NCBI GenBank assembly: GCA_965237675.1
Contig: OZ250150.1
Coordinates: 5,216,001-5,280,000, forward strand
Direction: 5' to 3'
Length of the DNA stretch: 64,000 nt
Source: Candidatus Latescibacterota bacterium
GTDB lineage: Bacteria; Latescibacterota; UBA2968; GCA-2709665
Position numbers and translations under genes: made by a program. Shown one piece after another: positions 19,206-29,318 of this stretch (the stretch's first letter is position 1; every line of letters starts with the position of its first letter). The notes beneath the pieces were generated by a model. That model was given only the letters and a program-made list of their open reading frames with translations. It did no database searches and was not told the origin of the DNA.

Positions 19206-21260
19206 GTGGTTTTGGCAATTGAACCCAAGGACAATATAGAAGAGCAGGAACAGTACGAAAATATCATGCCGGTGGATGCGCCGTTTGAAGATGGTTTCAA
19301 TATGAAAACCCTGTGGGCGACGCTATTTGTGGGTCTGGTGATGCTGCCCGGCGCGATCTACCTTGGGCTGGTCACCGGCCAGAACATGGCGGGTGCGTCC
19401 GAATGGGTGACCATCATCCTCTTTCTGGAGATTGCCAAGCGGTCCTTCGTGCGTCTGAAGACGCAGGAGGTCCTGGTGATCTACTGGGTGGCGGGTGGAT
19501 TGCTGGGGGTAGGGGTGAGACTGGGCAGTGCGGCGCTGGTGTATGGGGGGCCGTTCGGCGGACTGATCTGGGATCAATACTTAATCCAATCCCCGGCGGC
19601 GAGGGGACTCGCGGATTTCATCCCGGACTGGGTGGTACCCAGGATCAGCGAGCATCCGGAAATCTACGCCGAACGGACGTTTTTGCACACCGCGTGGTTG
19701 AAGCCGATTGGCATCCTCCTTGCGTTAACCCTGTTAAGCAATACCGCGAGACTTTCGCTGGGATACGTGATGTTTCGCATTACGAGCGATATCGAACGGT
19801 TGCCGTTTCCACTGGCGCCGGTCCAGGCCCGCGGCGCCACCGCGCTGGCCGAGACGTCGGCCAAGCAGGAGGGCTGGAGGTGGCGGGTTTTCAGTACCGG
19901 CGCGTGCATCGGCCTTGTCTGGGGTCTGCTCTACGTTGTTGTGCCCACGCTTTCCAGCATATTCCTGACCGATACGGTCCAGATTCTGCCCATACCCTGG
20001 ATCGATTTTACGGAGCAAATCAAAACCCTCTTGCCGGCGGCGCTGTTTGGAATCGCAACCGACCTGGGCCATCTAATTGTCGGTTTCGTACTGCCGTTCT
20101 GGGTGGTTATCGGGTCGTTTGCCGGCGCCGTACTGGGAAACCTCGTTGTCAACCCGTTTCTTTACAAATACGAAATCCTGGACCGCTGGTCTGCGGGCAT
20201 GACGGCGATCCCGACTTCAATCTCCAACCAGTTCGACTTCTGGTTGAGTTTTGGTATCGGCACTTCGTTTATAATCGCGTTCACCGGATTCTACCAGGTA
20301 TTTCGGGTGCTTATGGAACAACGTCGTCAGAAACAGCAGACAGGGCATCATACATCGGGTATCGACCTCGAGGACCTGCCGGAAGGCCGCTCGGATATGA
20401 AGATGATATACCCGATTCTGTTCTGGGGCGCCGCCACGCTCGGCTTTATCGTGCTATGCCAGATGCTGGTTCCGGAATTCCATTGGGGTTGGGTTGTGTT
20501 CTTCGGACTCATCTATACGCCGATTTCGTCTTATATCGGCGCCCGAATGATTGGCCTGACTGGAAGCCCATACGGGGCGAGTATTCCCTATTTGCGTGAA
20601 GCGGGGATTCTTCTGTCAGGATACAAGGGTGTGGCGGTCTGGTTTGCGCCACTTCCTCTGCACGACCACGGGCTGGCCGTGCCGATCTATAAGCAGATGG
20701 AATTGACAAAGACGAAGTTTGTCAGTTACGTGAAATTGACCGCCGTGACCATGGTCGTGATCTTCATTTTCAGCTTTATTTTCTGGGAATTCATCTGGCG
20801 ACTGGGGCCCATACCTTCGTCCAGCTATTACTATGTGCAGACGTTCTGGCCGTACGACGCCACGATGACGACAATGTGGTTGAAGTCGACGATGCCGGAT
20901 CTCGAAGGACAGGGGACGGTCGGGGTCGAACTCCTAAAGGATATCATCAAGCCGGAAATCATCGGCGCGGGATTCGCGGTGGGTGGTCTCATGTATCTGA
21001 TTCTCGCCGTATTGAAGGCGCCGACACTGTTCTTTTTCGGTTTTGTGGGCTCACTTGCCACGTGGCCCCATTTTGTAATTCTGCAGTTTGCCGGCGCGCT
21101 TCTTGGACGCTTCTACTTCGCCAAGCGTTTCGGCGAATCCAAGTGGCGTGCATACGCGCCCATTCTGCTGGCCGGATATTACTGTGGCATGGGACTCATC
21201 GGGATGACATCCGTTTCGGTTGTGTTAATTTCGAAGGCCGTTTCCCAGGTTGTCTTCTAA
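19206..21260 (+). CDS. OPT-family-like (oligopeptide transporter-like) multi-pass membrane protein
   Basis: About 16 predicted TM segments; YLGLVTG, QE, IERLPFPLAPV motifs; GAGGAGG RBS. Confidence 0.75.
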   Translation: MVLAIEPKDNIEEQEQYENIMPVDAPFEDGFNMKTLWATLFVGLVMLPGAIYLGLVTGQNMAGASEWVTIILFLEIAKRSFVRLKTQEVLVIYWVAGGLLGVGVRLGSAALVYGGPFGGLIWDQYLIQSPAARGLADFIPDWVVPRISEHPEIYAERTFLHTAWLKPIGILLALTLLSNTARLSLGYVMFRITSDIERLPFPLAPVQARGATALAETSAKQEGWRWRVFSTGACIGLVWGLLYVVVPTLSSIFLTDTVQILPIPWIDFTEQIKTLLPAALFGIATDLGHLIVGFVLPFWVVIGSFAGAVLGNLVVNPFLYKYEILDRWSAGMTAIPTSISNQFDFWLSFGIGTSFIIAFTGFYQVFRVLMEQRRQKQQTGHHTSGIDLEDLPEGRSDMKMIYPILFWGAATLGFIVLCQMLVPEFHWGWVVFFGLIYTPISSYIGARMIGLTGSPYGASIPYLREAGILLSGYKGVAVWFAPLPLHDHGLAVPIYKQMELTKTKFVSYVKLTAVTMVVIFIFSFIFWEFIWRLGPIPSSSYYYVQTFWPYDATMTTMWLKSTMPDLEGQGTVGVELLKDIIKPEIIGAGFAVGGLMYLILAVLKAPTLFFFGFVGSLATWPHFVILQFAGALLGRFYFAKRFGESKWRAYAPILLAGYYCGMGLIGMTSVSVVLISKAVSQVVF

Positions 21261-21394
21261 TCCGGAAAACAGCATTCCATCATGGAACGCCGCCTGGATT
21301 CCGACTGTCTAATGAAATTACCGAAGACTGCGAATCCGGGCGGTTTTATGTCCGGCCCAAACGACGGGCGGTTTTTATAAAAAGGGAGGTTTCG

Positions 21395-21856
21395 ATGAAA
21401 CGGAGTGAAAGGATCATGAGACTCGCGCTCATCACCTGTATTGTGTTGGGATTTGCCATCGAGGCGGCGGCACAGCCCGACGGCGGGGGCGGGCGCGGAC
21501 GGGGAAGACGCGGGGGCGCGGCGCGGCTCAGAATGATGTTGCCCGTAGAGCAGACGCTGAGTTTTCTGGCTTTTGACGGCAGGATAGCGTTGAAAGACAA
21601 TCAGCTGCTCGAGATCCGGAACGCACTCAAGGAGATTCACGGCAAGCGGGGCGAATTGGAAAAAGAGATGCAGGATGGGGCCGATAGACAGCAAATTTCG
21701 GAGAAACTCGGGCGGCTTCGGAGCACAATGTTCGATAAGGTCAAAGTGGTGCTGGACGACAGTCAGGATAAGGTTCTGGATGGTTATCTGGAGAGGATGC
21801 GGCGAGGGTTTCAACGTGGACGCGGAGGCGGCGGGCGGCGGGGCGGCGGGGTATGA
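21395..21856 (+). CDS. Exported Spy/CpxP-like helical protein with Gly/Arg-rich tails
   Basis: GGGAGG RBS; signal peptide ending AAA-Q; L..NQ and VLDDSQ (LTxxQ-like) motifs; RGG-rich termini. Confidence 0.6.
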   Translation: MKRSERIMRLALITCIVLGFAIEAAAQPDGGGGRGRGRRGGAARLRMMLPVEQTLSFLAFDGRIALKDNQLLEIRNALKEIHGKRGELEKEMQDGADRQQISEKLGRLRSTMFDKVKVVLDDSQDKVLDGYLERMRRGFQRGRGGGGRRGGGV

Positions 21857-21959
21857 CGTGATCGTCAAGGACCACGATGCGATGATATGGCGGCTCCCCG
21901 CGGCGGGTTCGCCATATCTTGTTGAGCCGCCGACACCCGCGAGAATGCGAATTTTCCGG

Positions 21960-21988
21960 TTGACAGATTCCGGGGCGCCATTTACTTT
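21960..21988 (+). promoter_or_regulatory. Sigma70-type promoter
   Basis: TTGACA-17 bp-TACTTT, about 280 bp upstream of ATG 22271. Confidence 0.45.
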
Positions 21989-22270
21989 GATTGATTGCGG
22001 GAGCATTTCGCCGCGACCAGAACCCGATTCTCGCTTGCGGACTCGCCCCTCCAAGGCAGACCGGGGGATGTTTATTCCCCACCGGTCTTCCCCTACTCCT
22101 GCACACGCCCGGTACTTGAACTTGCTACGGGGCCGCAGGACGCACGAAGGAAGCGGGGCCAGTTCAACCGCGGCCATTGGACGACTGAAACACGCCGTCA
22201 ACCGCTCGTTTTTCCGCGGGTGCGTATTTCGGAAACGCAGCCGGTATAGAGCCTGAAGAAAAGAGGGCGA

Positions 22271-23656
22271 ATGAATTTCCTGGATGTCGGCGGACGGTTT
22301 GAAAAACCGTTCACCTTTGCCGTGGTGGGCGACACGCACTTTTTGCATCCAAAGTTCGGTCGGCAAGCAGGTGAAACCGGCGGTTCGTTTCGACCATTGC
22401 AGGTCGACCAGTACCTCGAGAGCGTGCATTATGTTCTTATGCCAATGATGGCGTCACTAAAGGAAATGTCGCCGGCTTTTGTGGTCATCACCGGAGATCT
22501 GGTGGAGGGGCACCAGGACGTCGAACTCTCCATTGACGAGATTAAGGAAGGACTGGATTTTTTCGAAGGATATGGGATTCCGCTGTTATTCGCGTGTGGA
22601 AACAGGGATCGAGTTGAAGCATTCGACGGCGTCGTTCGGCCATATCTCGCCCGTTGGCTCGGCAGGACACCCCGAGAACGTTATTTCTTCCTGGATGTTG
22701 CCGGTTGCCGGCTGGTTTTCCTCGACACGCCCACGTGGAAGAGGCGGGGTGCCCAGCGGGAGTGGTTGGAGCTTACGTTGGAAGGGCGGGAGGCTGCGGG
22801 AATAGATCGTACCTTTCTGTTTGGACACCATCCTGTCTGGCCGGTTGCAAGGGCCTTTTTTTCCGAAATAGATTTTCATCTCGATATTCCGGAAATTCTG
22901 GGGAAACATCCGGTAGACGCCTTTTTTTGTGGACATACCCACAACCAGAGCGTGTTGCTTCACCGGACGGACGGACGACCCGTTCTGCAATGTATGTGTG
23001 CGTCCATCGGCCTCTCCGGTGAGATTCCAACGCCGCTGGATCGGGTGCAAAACCTGTTACCGTATCCACAGGACGTCCTGGCCTGCTGGCCGGGCTATCT
23101 TGAGAATACGGCGCCAGGATGGTTTGTTGTCCATGTCAACCCAATCTCGGTCGAAGCGGCATGGCATCATCTGAATAGAGGTGTGGAGACCCGACTTGCG
23201 TGGCATCGCCCCGGAGACCTTTCGGCGTTCGAAAAAATGGAACACCCCCCCGATGCACATTTGATATACGACGACTTGAACCACATTCGTCGCGCCACCT
23301 TGAGGTTCTGCGGATGGCATGCTTTGCGTCCGGATAAGCAGGTTTTCCTCAATGGTGAGCCGGTTGGCAACCTGCCTCCCGCGAACGACTACGCGCCGAT
23401 CCGGATGGAGTTGCCCGCCCGATGCCTTGGGCATATGCGCATGGAGAATCGGATCGAGATCCGGGTTCCTCGTAACGAAGCATGCACGCTAGGCAATTTC
23501 GTACTGGAAGCGGTCTTGCCTGGTGAACGATTTGTACGGACCCGGCCCACAGGCGAGATTTTTACCTGGTCCGACCGGTGGGGCGCGTGGAACTCGACCT
23601 GGTTGCAGAGAATGAACCCCGGACGGTCAGCAGCCACATTGTTGTGTTTTCACTGA
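22271..23656 (+). CDS. Calcineurin-like metallophosphoesterase with C-terminal beta-sandwich domain
   Basis: GDTH, TGDLV, GNRD, GHHP and GHTH motifs. Confidence 0.85.
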   Translation: MNFLDVGGRFEKPFTFAVVGDTHFLHPKFGRQAGETGGSFRPLQVDQYLESVHYVLMPMMASLKEMSPAFVVITGDLVEGHQDVELSIDEIKEGLDFFEGYGIPLLFACGNRDRVEAFDGVVRPYLARWLGRTPRERYFFLDVAGCRLVFLDTPTWKRRGAQREWLELTLEGREAAGIDRTFLFGHHPVWPVARAFFSEIDFHLDIPEILGKHPVDAFFCGHTHNQSVLLHRTDGRPVLQCMCASIGLSGEIPTPLDRVQNLLPYPQDVLACWPGYLENTAPGWFVVHVNPISVEAAWHHLNRGVETRLAWHRPGDLSAFEKMEHPPDAHLIYDDLNHIRRATLRFCGWHALRPDKQVFLNGEPVGNLPPANDYAPIRMELPARCLGHMRMENRIEIRVPRNEACTLGNFVLEAVLPGERFVRTRPTGEIFTWSDRWGAWNSTWLQRMNPGRSAATLLCFH

Positions 23657-23815
23657 GGCGCCGGCATGGAGCCTCGTTCGGTTTTCGCTCGGCATCGGGG
23701 GGGGGGGCGCCGGTCGTGACTCCCCCTCCCAATACACGCAGAAAGTGTCAGTGCGCAGGGAAACCCACCCAGGCATTCAATCAGCATCAAGGGAATTGAG
23801 ACTCCGGACCGCTCA

Positions 23816-25894
23816 ATGAAAAAGCCACGATTTACAAATCGGTTGCTACACGAAACGAGCCCCTATCTGTTGCAACATGCGCACAACCCTGTGGACTGGT
23901 ATCCGTGGGGCGACGAAGCCTTTGATCTGGCGAGAGAATCGGATCGTCCCATTTTCCTGAGCGTCGGTTATTCGGCCTGCCACTGGTGCCATGTAATGGA
24001 AAGGGAGTCGTTCGAGAATGAGACCATTGCAGACGTGATGAATCGGTTCTTCATAAACGTTAAGGTTGACCGCGAAGAACGGCCCGATGTGGATGAAATC
24101 TATATGAATGCGGTTCAGATTATGACAGGCGCCGGCGGGTGGCCGATGAGCGTGTTTCTGACACCCGAAGGAACGCCGTTCTACGGCGGCACCTATTTCC
24201 CACCCGACAGCAGATATGGTCGACCGGGATTTCCCGACCTGCTGCGTTCCGTGGCCAGGCATTACCGCGAAAACAGGAACAAAGTAGGAGAGGCGGCCGA
24301 TCGGCTGATGGCAGGATTGAAACGGCTGTCCGAATTGCGAAACCTGGATGGAGAATTGACCGGGGCGCTGTTTTCCAACGGGTTTGCGCAGATTGCTCGC
24401 AATTTTGATGCGGAAAATGGAGGATTCGGATCGCAGCCGAAGTTTCCAAGCAGCATGAATCTATCGGTTTTTCTGCGAGAATTCGAGAAAACCGGAAATC
24501 GCAATGCACTGGATATGATACTGCTGACGCTGCGGAAGATGGCACACGGCGGGATATACGATCACCTGGGAGGCGGGTTTCATCGGTACTCGGTTGACCA
24601 TCGCTGGCTGGTCCCGCACTTCGAGAAGATGCTTTACGATAACGCCCTGTTGACAGGGGTCTATCTGGACGCTTTTCAACTTACCGGAGAACCACTGCTC
24701 CAACAGGTTGTACAGGAAACGCTGGGCTACGTGATGCGTGAGATGACCGATCCGCAGGGCGGGTTCTATTCTACTCAGGACGCGGACAGCGAAGGGAAGG
24801 AGGGGAAATTTTTCGTCTGGGATCAGGAGGAGGTGTACGCATTGTTGGGTGAAGAGGACGGGCCGCTGTTTTGCCGGCAATACGATGTGAGGCCGGAGGG
24901 CAATTTTGAACACGGCAAGAGTATTTTGAATATACCGGTGGCGGCACCGGAATTAGCCCGGTTCCTTGATGTGGATCTGACGGCGCTGCAAGCCGCGACT
25001 CGGCGCGGACGGGAGGTGTTGGCGGGCGTTCGGAACGGCAGGATCAAGCCGGATCGGGATGAGAAAATCCAGGTAAACTGGAACGGTCTCATGATCTCGG
25101 CATTTGCGCGTGCTTATCAGGTTCTCGGAAGATCCCGGTATCTGGAAACGGCGCAAAACGCGGCCGGGTTCATACTTCAACATATGCTGACGGAATCGGG
25201 GCGTCTGCTGCATGCGTACAAGGACGGACGAGCCCGTTTCGTAGGATACCACGACGATTACGCCTTTTTCTGCTGCGGTCTGCTCGACCTTTACGAGACC
25301 TCCTTCGATCCGGCCTGGCTGGATGCGGCGGAGACTCTCATGGAGACGATGCTCGACGAGTTCTGGGATCCTGAAGAGGGTGGTTTCTTTTTTACCGGTA
25401 AGTCGAACGAGGAACTGATCGTCCGTTCCAAGAATCCCTACGACAACGCGATCCCGTCCGGAAATTCGATGGCCGTGATGCTTTTAATGCGCCTGGGTAC
25501 GATTCTGGATCGGCCGGATCTGTGGAAGAAGGCGGAGCAAACGCTGAAGCTGTTCGAACCGATGCTCCGCGAGATGCCGTCCGGTTTCGGTCAGATGCTC
25601 TGCGGACTTGATTTCTTCTCCCGGCGTCCGGTGGAGGTCGTATTGGTCGGCGAACCGGACGACGCAGCCACGAAAACTCTTCTGAAGGCGGCAAATAGGC
25701 GCCTGCTTCCCAATCGGGTGATTGTGCTTGCGGATCCAGAGAAGACGGGGGATTTGTCACGGCGTATTCCACTTCTTTCCGGCAAGACGGCTGTGGATGG
25801 CAAACCCACCGCTTACGTATGCAGAGATTCCGTCTGTTCCGCACCGATAACGTCCGTTTCCCAACTGGATGCATTGTTGCAGGATTCGTCGTGA
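23816..25894 (+). CDS. Thioredoxin-domain protein YyaL/SSP411 (DUF255)
   Basis: [42 protein letters not shown] and [12 protein letters not shown]. Confidence 0.95.
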   Translation: MKKPRFTNRLLHETSPYLLQHAHNPVDWYPWGDEAFDLARESDRPIFLSVGYSACHWCHVMERESFENETIADVMNRFFINVKVDREERPDVDEIYMNAVQIMTGAGGWPMSVFLTPEGTPFYGGTYFPPDSRYGRPGFPDLLRSVARHYRENRNKVGEAADRLMAGLKRLSELRNLDGELTGALFSNGFAQIARNFDAENGGFGSQPKFPSSMNLSVFLREFEKTGNRNALDMILLTLRKMAHGGIYDHLGGGFHRYSVDHRWLVPHFEKMLYDNALLTGVYLDAFQLTGEPLLQQVVQETLGYVMREMTDPQGGFYSTQDADSEGKEGKFFVWDQEEVYALLGEEDGPLFCRQYDVRPEGNFEHGKSILNIPVAAPELARFLDVDLTALQAATRRGREVLAGVRNGRIKPDRDEKIQVNWNGLMISAFARAYQVLGRSRYLETAQNAAGFILQHMLTESGRLLHAYKDGRARFVGYHDDYAFFCCGLLDLYETSFDPAWLDAAETLMETMLDEFWDPEEGGFFFTGKSNEELIVRSKNPYDNAIPSGNSMAVMLLMRLGTILDRPDLWKKAEQTLKLFEPMLREMPSGFGQMLCGLDFFSRRPVEVVLVGEPDDAATKTLLKAANRRLLPNRVIVLADPEKTGDLSRRIPLLSGKTAVDGKPTAYVCRDSVCSAPITSVSQLDALLQDSS

Positions 25895-25952
25895 GTAACC
25901 GGAGGGTGTCAACTGCGGAGCAACCTAAACCTTAAAGCCCCGACAGGAGGAT

Positions 25953-26501
25953 GTGATGGCATCGGTATTGGTGGTAGGAGATGGGCCAGGTGGCCTGAGC
26001 GCGGCCCTGTTTCTGGCCAAAAACGGGATGGAAGTGACGGTATTCGGGCAGGATGCAACGCCCATGCATAAGGCCATGCTTTACAATTACCTGGGGATTC
26101 CCGAGTTGGCCGGAAGCGATTTCCAGCGAATCTCCCGGGATCAGGTGAAGGCCCGGGGAGCACGCATCGAGGATGTGCAGGTGGCCGCTGTCGAAAAGAC
26201 CCACAACGGATTTACGGTGACCACGGAGGACGGCGCCACCCACGAAGGGAATTATCTGATCCTGGCCGCGGGAACCAATGTGAAACTGGGCGTTAATATC
26301 GGGCTGGAGAGAGGCCCGGACGGGTTGGTATGCGACCGGGATGGGCGCACGGCCGTTGAAGGGTTATATGTAGTGGGTTGGAGTACGCGCCTTCGCAAGA
26401 CCCAGGCTATAATTTCCGCCGGTCAGGGAGCGTCCACAGCGCTCGATATTCTCTCCACCGAGGCAGGAGAGGATGTACACGACTTCGATGTCGTGTCGTG
26501 A
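25953..26501 (+). CDS. Short FAD-dependent oxidoreductase (thioredoxin reductase-like, lacking the NADPH domain)
   Basis: VVGDGPGGLSAA, NYLG, LILAAG, T...GLYVVG and QAIISAGQG. Confidence 0.8.
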   Translation: MMASVLVVGDGPGGLSAALFLAKNGMEVTVFGQDATPMHKAMLYNYLGIPELAGSDFQRISRDQVKARGARIEDVQVAAVEKTHNGFTVTTEDGATHEGNYLILAAGTNVKLGVNIGLERGPDGLVCDRDGRTAVEGLYVVGWSTRLRKTQAIISAGQGASTALDILSTEAGEDVHDFDVVS

Positions 26502-26611
26502 TACCCCCGGGAAAAGACAATTGCTTGTTATTGACGCATTGAAAGTGTGGGGTCGAATTGGCTGGAGGTTGAAATGTACCGGCGTGAAGCTGGACATTCT
26601 ACCACCGTCGA

Positions 26612-27181
26612 TCAGAAGAATCTGGGCGTCTTGCGGGGCGCTGCCGGTCTTGGAGGCGCCTCCTCTTCTGGAATGCCGTGGCTTTCAAGAATGTCCCGTA
26701 CCACAAGAACTGGAAGCCCCATTCGGACGGCCAACGCCATTGAATCACTTGGACGAGCGTCCACTTTGAAGGTTGTTCCATTGGGATTTTGCAGGGTTAG
26801 AACCGCAAAATACGTACTCCTCAGCACCCCATCTTCCAGTGGGCGGAGTTCGTCTATCACGATGGATTGAAGACGAAGCCCAGCCTCCTCCATGACATTG
26901 TGGAACAGATCGTGCGTGAACGGACGGGGAAACGTCTCGTTGTGCAGTTTGCGCCAGATCGCCATCGCTTCACAGGGACCGATCCAGATGGGCAGAAGTC
27001 GTCTCGTCTGGCTGTGTCGCAGAAAAACGATATATTGATCTTCCGAATCCCGCCCGACCTGATGAACCTCGGTTTTCACCAGATCCTTCCCCGCGGCATA
27101 GACCGGCGACGTGAGGGCCCGGCTCAGACACAGCCATAGGGCGCAGACAAAAAACACTGTACAACGACATCTATCGTACAT
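26612..27181 (-). CDS. Bifunctional nuclease (DUF151) family protein with apparent signal peptide
   Basis: LPIWIGPCEA, PRPFTHDL and DARPSDSMALAVR motifs. Confidence 0.9.
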   Translation of the reverse strand: MYDRCRCTVFFVCALWLCLSRALTSPVYAAGKDLVKTEVHQVGRDSEDQYIVFLRHSQTRRLLPIWIGPCEAMAIWRKLHNETFPRPFTHDLFHNVMEEAGLRLQSIVIDELRPLEDGVLRSTYFAVLTLQNPNGTTFKVDARPSDSMALAVRMGLPVLVVRDILESHGIPEEEAPPRPAAPRKTPRFF

Positions 27182-27307
27182 CTTGGTCCCTTTCAGTGCG
27201 TGTTAGGCGGGCGCTGACCGACACAAGATCGGGTGTATTCCGAAATATACGCCGGCGCCTTTCCGTGAGCAATCCGAATTTTCGGAAACGACACCGCGGT
27301 TTGCCGG

Positions 27308-27336
27308 TTGACAAGCTCCGCTGAATGTGCTACATT
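27308..27336 (+). promoter_or_regulatory. Sigma70-type promoter of the yicC-gmk-rpoZ-coaBC-udg-dnaB cluster
   Basis: TTGACA-17 bp-TACATT with extended TG. Confidence 0.6.
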
Positions 27337-27387
27337 TATAAGTTTCGGAATTTTAACCCTTCGTGCGGCGTAAAGACGGGAGAATGC

Positions 27388-28266
27388 ATGGTTGTCAGCA
27401 TGACGGGTTTTGGACGGGGAGAGGCGGAAACGGACGGCTATCGCGCAACGGTGGAGGTGAAGTCGGTCAATGGGCGTTACGGGGAGGTTTCCGTCCATCT
27501 ACCAGGGCCGCTATCGGCCCTGGAACCCAAAATCAAGAACCTCGTGCTTTCTGTTTTCTCCCGGGGCCACATCCGCGTCTCGCTGAACCTGAGCGGTGAA
27601 GCGGTTGAACAGGGCATTCCGGTTCTGAACGAGCGGGTCGTCGAGGGGTATCGGAACGGGCTTGCGCGGCTTCAACTGCATCTGGGGCTTTCGGAATCAC
27701 CCGATCCCATGCAGGTGGCGCTGATGCCCAATGTTTTCGAATTCGAATCCAGGGCGCCGGATGTGGAAGCCGTCTGGAAGGTCGTCAAGCCTGCCTGTGA
27801 ACAGGCCGTGGCCCAGTGCCAGTCGATGCGATCCAGAGAGGGCGGAAGGCTGGCTGCGGATTTCGTCCAGCGCGTTCATCACCTTGAGGAACTGATCGGA
27901 CAGATCCAGAAGTTGGCGCCCACCCACGTCGCGTACGCGCATGCGAAGCTCAGCGAGAAACTCCGGGGCCTGATCGCCCAAGAACAGGTCGACCAGAACC
28001 GCCTTCTCACGGAAATTGCCCTGCTCGCGGAACGAACCGACATTACCGAGGAAACGGTCCGCTTCCACAGCCACAACACAGCGTTCCTTAAGACACTCGA
28101 TCGAGGCGAGCCAACAGGCCGGCGTCTGAATTTTCTGCTCCAGGAGATGCTCCGGGAAGCGAATACAATCGGGTCCAAAGCCGGCGACGTGGAGATTGCG
28201 CATCTGGTGGTCGAGATCAAGGAAGAGATCGAGAAGCTCAGAGAGCAGGTGCAGAACATAGAATAA
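27388..28266 (+). CDS. yicC: YicC/YloC family endoribonuclease
   Basis: SMTGFG, EVKSVN, DITEE and GRRLNFLLQEMLREANTIGSK...EKLREQVQNIE. Confidence 0.95.
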   Translation: MVVSMTGFGRGEAETDGYRATVEVKSVNGRYGEVSVHLPGPLSALEPKIKNLVLSVFSRGHIRVSLNLSGEAVEQGIPVLNERVVEGYRNGLARLQLHLGLSESPDPMQVALMPNVFEFESRAPDVEAVWKVVKPACEQAVAQCQSMRSREGGRLAADFVQRVHHLEELIGQIQKLAPTHVAYAHAKLSEKLRGLIAQEQVDQNRLLTEIALLAERTDITEETVRFHSHNTAFLKTLDRGEPTGRRLNFLLQEMLREANTIGSKAGDVEIAHLVVEIKEEIEKLREQVQNIE

Positions 28267-28286
28267 CATTCTGATCGGTTCCACAG

Positions 28287-28952
28287 ATGGAAAGATCGTT
28301 CGGAATTGAGACCATTCGAAGGCAACTCGATCGCGATCCCGCGTCGTTCGCCGTGGTGCTGTCCGGTCCCGCGGGGGCAGGCAAAACATCAATCAGCCAG
28401 GGACTTCTGGCAAGTGACAACACCCTGCGGCGATGCGTGACCACCACCACCCGCGCGAAGCGACACGACGAGACGGACGGAGTGGACTACCATTTCGTTT
28501 CGGAGGAGGAGTTTCGATCGAAGTTGAAGCAGGGATGGTTTTTTGAATCGGCGGAAGTTTATGGCTTTCTTTATGGCGCTACGTTCGAGGCAATTGCGCG
28601 TGCCCTTGGGAACGGCGGGGTGTTGTTGCTGGTGGTAGACGTACAGGGTACGGCGGCGTGGAAGCGCAAACTCAGGGAACGGTGCGTGAGCGTATTCGTA
28701 CTGCCGCCATCCGTTAAGATGCTTGAACATCGCCTGGGAGGGCGTCAGACCGAAGCGGCTAATGCGTTGACACGCAGGTTGGAGGATGCACGGAGCGAAC
28801 TTGCGAAAGCCGTGGAGTTTGACTATCTCATCGTCAATTCAGATTTGGACCACGCCATCGCCGACGTTCAGGAACTGATTCGTGTCGAGCGGCGCAGGCC
28901 GTGGAGACAGCCCGATCTTCTCGTTGAATTTGGGCGCGGGGATGCCCCGTAA
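28287..28952 (+). CDS. gmk: Guanylate kinase
   Basis: LSGPAGAGKT, TTR..R..E.DGVDYHFVS, DVQG and FDYLIVN. Confidence 0.95.
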   Translation: MERSFGIETIRRQLDRDPASFAVVLSGPAGAGKTSISQGLLASDNTLRRCVTTTTRAKRHDETDGVDYHFVSEEEFRSKLKQGWFFESAEVYGFLYGATFEAIARALGNGGVLLLVVDVQGTAAWKRKLRERCVSVFVLPPSVKMLEHRLGGRQTEAANALTRRLEDARSELAKAVEFDYLIVNSDLDHAIADVQELIRVERRRPWRQPDLLVEFGRGDAP

Positions 28953-29057
28953 AACGCCATTGCATTGGGCAGTCAGATCGTCTTGAGCAGGTGAACGTAC
29001 ACGAATTCGACGCCGACCACAAACAGCGCACGCCGAAAAAAGGAGGTCAATACACAT

Positions 29058-29318
29058 ATGCCCCGGATTTTCTTTCTGGAAGAGATCAGCAACGACGAAG
29101 TGAATCCATACGAGGCCGTCAACGCCGCATCGAGAGAGTCCCGCCGGATTAACCAGGCGCGGATGGCGAGAGACGTTTCAGGAGAGGCGGAAAAGCCCAC
29201 GACGCTGTCGCTTGATCGTCTGTCGACGGGCAAAGTACGGGTTTCGTACGAGGCCGATGAGGAAACGGAAGCAAAGGATGCCAATGGCAGGAAAAATGAG
29301 GGTCCTTCTGGGAATTAG
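29058..29318 (+). CDS. rpoZ: DNA-directed RNA polymerase subunit omega
   Basis: NPYEAVNAASRESRRIN...KPTTLSL; lies between gmk and coaBC; AGGAGG RBS. Confidence 0.8.
   Translation: MPRIFFLEEISNDEVNPYEAVNAASRESRRINQARMARDVSGEAEKPTTLSLDRLSTGKVRVSYEADEETEAKDANGRKNEGPSGN

Noticed and set aside
23697-23730. G11 homopolymer as a phase-variation tract
   Set aside because: Intergenic and not within a recognisable promoter; it can pair with downstream ctccccctccc as a simple hairpin.
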